DNA from: Candidatus Odinarchaeota archaeon
GTDB lineage: Archaea > Asgardarchaeota > Odinarchaeia > Odinarchaeales > Odinarchaeaceae
Assembly: GCA_038826135.1 (NCBI GenBank)
Contig: JAWBON010000068.1
Coordinates: forward strand, 1-6,273
DNA length: 6,273 bases
Direction of reading: 5' to 3'
The position numbers and the translations under genes are program-made. Of this stretch, positions 3,299 to 6,273 are shown one piece after another. How positions within the stretch are numbered: the first letter of the stretch is position 1; every line of letters starts with the position of its first letter. The notes under the pieces were generated by a model. That model was given only the letters and a program-made list of their open reading frames with translations, was not told the DNA's origin and ran no database searches.

Positions 3299-6256
3299 TT
3301 AACTTGCCCGTTTAAAGAACACTGTCACGTCTTCCCCACTGATATTAAATTTGCTATTAGTATATTCTTCTAGCTTGTTTTCAGCTTCGCTTAATATTTT
3401 CAAGGATACTGCGTTGACTTTGCCTAGTAGCTGGTCTTGAAAAGCCTGAACAGATTCAACTATTAGATTGCTCTTAGTTACTATTTGAAGGATGATTTTC
3501 TCGCTGACATGGTAATTGTTTTGTTTACGAGCGAATTGTATTCTTCTTACAAGTTCTCTTAATATTCTCTCTTTGGCAAGATCCTGGTCTTCGGTTATGT
3601 CTAAATATATTTTATACTCTTTCAAATCCTTTGATTTAAGCCCCTTCCCACTTATCTGCTGATCTGAGACGATAACTTCTTTAACATTCACCATGGATTT
3701 TATGATAGACAATACCTCTTCATTGAATTGAATATTCTGAGATACGATTATTAATTTTCTACATGGCCATCTCAACTTAACATTGTTTTCCTGTCTTAAA
3801 GCTAGACTGTTTTCAATTATCTGTTCAGCTTTCTCCATATTCTGTTCAAGCAGTGTGTCTATTAATTTTTCATCCACATTAGGCCAATCGTTAAGGTGAA
3901 TACTTTCAGGAGCTTCAGGGTTCACGGTTTTAACAAGATAATTATAGATGTAATCTGTTATGAACGGTGTTATTGGTGCCATAATTCTTAGAAGACGCTC
4001 TAATACATAGTAGAGTGTTGATAAAGCGACTGTTTTAGATTCTAAATTCTCCGGGGTTGTCACTCTGTCACGTATGATCTTAATATACCAGTGGCTTAGA
4101 TCATCCATTATAAACTTTTGAAGAAGCCTAGGTATCTGCGGTATAGAGTAGTCTTTGAACACGTCGTTTATTTTTTTAATTAGACTGTTTATTCTTGAAA
4201 TAATCCATTTATCTTCAATCCTTAAAGATAATGTATTCAATGTTTTTGCAGGTTTGAAACCGACTATCTTCATAAAGGTTGTAGCGTAAATATAAGTGTT
4301 ATAGAATATGTTTATTATTCGATCCACGTCACCGATCTCTTTCCAATTGAATTTCATATCTAATCCTGGCTCAGCTGAGCCTAAACAGTAGAATCTAAAG
4401 GTGTCAACGCCGTATTTTTCTGTAACTGTTTCTGGTAGTATAATGTTTCCCAGAGACTTACTCATTGGTTTACCCTCAGGGTCGTTTACGAATCCGTGCA
4501 TGTAAACCGCGTTATAAGGGCATTTTTTGAAGGCGGCTGCGCCTAGACTCATCATCGTGTTAAACCAGCCTCTTATCTGGTCTTTACCTTCTAAAACAAG
4601 GTCGGCGCTTCTCCATTCACTATATGCGGAAGTATCTAACATTGCGGGCAGTGAAGCCCATACAACTGAGCCGCTGTCCACCCACACGTCTAAAACATCC
4701 GGGACTCTTTTCTTCCAGCCACCGCATTCACAACACCATTTTAATTCATCAACCCATGGACGATGCAAGTCATCTGGATGAATACCTGTCTTCTCCTCTA
4801 ATTCTTTAATCGAACCTATAACATCCACACTACCGCATTTATCGCATACCCATACTGGTAGAGGCGTACCCCAATATCTTTGTCTTGAAATACACCAGTC
4901 TTGAACACTTTCCAACCATTTATCAAACCATGGGTTACCAGCCCATTTAGGCGTCCACTCAACTTTAGAGTTTAGAGCACGCATTTCATCAGATAATTTA
5001 CTTATATTAATAAACCACTGTTCAACAGCACGATATATTAGAGGGTTTTTACATCTCCAGCAGTGTGCGTACTCGTGTTCAATCTCACCCTCGTATAAAA
5101 GCAGGTTTTTCCTTCTAAGATCCTTCAGTATTTCTATACTCGCATCTTTAACATGCATTCCAGCATATTTACCTGCTTCAACGGTCATTTTACCTGACTC
5201 GTCTACTGGGGAAAACGCGGGTAAACCGTATTTTGAACCTACTATGAAGTCTTCAGGTCCGTGGCCTGGTGCTGTGTGAACACAGCCTGTGCCCTGCTCC
5301 AGAGTTACGTATTCGTCGCTTAAAATTATTTTATGAGCGTTACTGTAAACTTTACCGAGCTCTTTTTGAAATGGGACCTCTTCTAATAGGCAGTGAACAT
5401 AAGATAAGCCTTGCAGTTTATCTCCTGGAAGCTCCTCCAGAATTTCAAAATTTTTTCCGAGCAGACCTTGTATGATGGATACAGCCATTCCCTTAGCTAG
5501 GATCCAGGTTTCATCCCCCACCTTCGCTCTTATATATGTGTAGAAGGGGTTAACCATTACCGCTATATTAGCTGGCAGCGTCCAGGGTGTTGTAGTCCAG
5601 ATCAATATGTATGTGTTTTTTTCACCGGCTAGTTTAAACTTTACAAAAATAGAGTAATCTGACACAGTCTTATACTCGTATTCGTGTTTAGCTAAAGCAG
5701 TCTCACAACGAGGGCAGAAGGCTAAAGGTCTTAGCCCCTTGTATAAGAGGTTGTTATCATATATTTTTTTTAATCCAAACCAGACCCCTTCAATATACTC
5801 GTTTGTGAGCGTCATGTAAGGTTTATTCCAGTTCATCGCCACGCCGAGTTTTTTAAACTGCTCTGTCATTTTATCTAGATTTTTTAAAGCAAATTCTCTA
5901 CATTTTGAAGTGAATTCGGCTATTCCCTTAGATTCGATGCTTTTCTTATCTTGAATTTTCAATTCCTTTTCAACTTTCACCTCTATCGGTAGTCCATGCA
6001 TATCAAAACCCGGTGTATCCATTACACGGTGACCCGCCATTCTTTTATACCTTAAAATAACGTCTTTCAAAATTTTATTCCAGGCAGTACCTAAGTGTAT
6101 CACACCAGTTGTATAGGGCGGGCCGTCTATAAATAAAAATTCAGGCTTATTCCTAGTGCGCTTACACAGCTTATCATATACTTTGTTTTCCTCCCAGAAA
6201 CTGTATATTTGCTGTTCAATTATTTTTTTCGAATATGTTTTAGGAAGCTCTTCCAT
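3299..6256 (-). CDS. ileS: Isoleucyl-tRNA synthetase, archaeal/eukaryal (type 2)
   Basis: Motifs: DGPPY-x-x-G-x-x-HLGT (HIGH), GFDMHGLPIE, CPRC zinc knuckle, CP1 editing motifs WTTTPWTLPAN and GTGCVHTAPGHG-x-EDF, DWCISRQRYWG, DVW-x-DSG, EGKDQ-x-RGWF, PMSKSLGN (KMSKS) and anticodon-binding LSHWYIKIIRDR. The ATG at 6256 is preferred (985 aa), because the GTG at 6265 used by the ORF track is part of a GGTG SD spaced 6 nt from this ATG. Confidence 0.97.
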   Translation of the reverse strand: MEELPKTYSKKIIEQQIYSFWEENKVYDKLCKRTRNKPEFLFIDGPPYTTGVIHLGTAWNKILKDVILRYKRMAGHRVMDTPGFDMHGLPIEVKVEKELKIQDKKSIESKGIAEFTSKCREFALKNLDKMTEQFKKLGVAMNWNKPYMTLTNEYIEGVWFGLKKIYDNNLLYKGLRPLAFCPRCETALAKHEYEYKTVSDYSIFVKFKLAGEKNTYILIWTTTPWTLPANIAVMVNPFYTYIRAKVGDETWILAKGMAVSIIQGLLGKNFEILEELPGDKLQGLSYVHCLLEEVPFQKELGKVYSNAHKIILSDEYVTLEQGTGCVHTAPGHGPEDFIVGSKYGLPAFSPVDESGKMTVEAGKYAGMHVKDASIEILKDLRRKNLLLYEGEIEHEYAHCWRCKNPLIYRAVEQWFINISKLSDEMRALNSKVEWTPKWAGNPWFDKWLESVQDWCISRQRYWGTPLPVWVCDKCGSVDVIGSIKELEEKTGIHPDDLHRPWVDELKWCCECGGWKKRVPDVLDVWVDSGSVVWASLPAMLDTSAYSEWRSADLVLEGKDQIRGWFNTMMSLGAAAFKKCPYNAVYMHGFVNDPEGKPMSKSLGNIILPETVTEKYGVDTFRFYCLGSAEPGLDMKFNWKEIGDVDRIINIFYNTYIYATTFMKIVGFKPAKTLNTLSLRIEDKWIISRINSLIKKINDVFKDYSIPQIPRLLQKFIMDDLSHWYIKIIRDRVTTPENLESKTVALSTLYYVLERLLRIMAPITPFITDYIYNYLVKTVNPEAPESIHLNDWPNVDEKLIDTLLEQNMEKAEQIIENSLALRQENNVKLRWPCRKLIIVSQNIQFNEEVLSIIKSMVNVKEVIVSDQQISGKGLKSKDLKEYKIYLDITEDQDLAKERILRELVRRIQFARKQNNYHVSEKIILQIVTKSNLIVESVQAFQDQLLGKVNAVSLKILSEAENKLEEYTNSKFNISGEDVTVFFKRAS

Positions 6257-6262
6257 TTTTAA

Positions 6263-6266
6263 CACC
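6263..6266 (-). promoter_or_regulatory. Shine-Dalgarno-like GGTG for ileS
   Basis: The minus strand reads CGGTG-TTAAAA-ATG, matching the geometry seen before the OsmC-like gene. Confidence 0.6.
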
Positions 6267-6273
6267 GCTACCG

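Noticed and set aside
4527-5475. Three short + strand ORFs (4527-4781, 4624-4809, 5269-5475)
   Set aside because: All are antisense to conserved ileS regions and have no independent support.
6263-6265. GTG at 6265 as the ileS start
   Set aside because: It coincides with the GGTG SD for the ATG at 6256. An upstream start cannot be fully excluded because the frame stays open to the window end.

Overview
AT-rich archaeal housekeeping window. Evidence for an archaeon: archaeal/eukaryal-type IleRS, GGTG ribosome-binding sites, TATA-like elements and bulge-helix-bulge (BHB) tRNA introns. A TACK or Asgard lineage is plausible but is inference. The + strand has a 5'-truncated phenylacetate-CoA ligase (PaaK)/F390-synthetase-like gene. 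It converges on a minus-strand run: ileS -> tRNA -> aspartate kinase -> OsmC-like protein. The main discovery sits in the apparent gap between ileS and the aspartate kinase. It is a 150-nt minus-strand gene (3250->3101) that folds into a 78-nt tRNA only after three introns are removed: 17 nt at 20a/21, 35 nt at 37/38 and 20 nt at 45/46, each with a BHB-type motif. The spliced anticodon is UAU (Ile, reading AUA), whereas most archaea use an agmatidine-modified CAU. The splice structures of introns 2 and 3 are mutually exclusive, intron 2 contains a possible folding switch, the T-loop has C55, and the gene lies 48 nt downstream of its cognate synthetase gene. All folding was done by hand.
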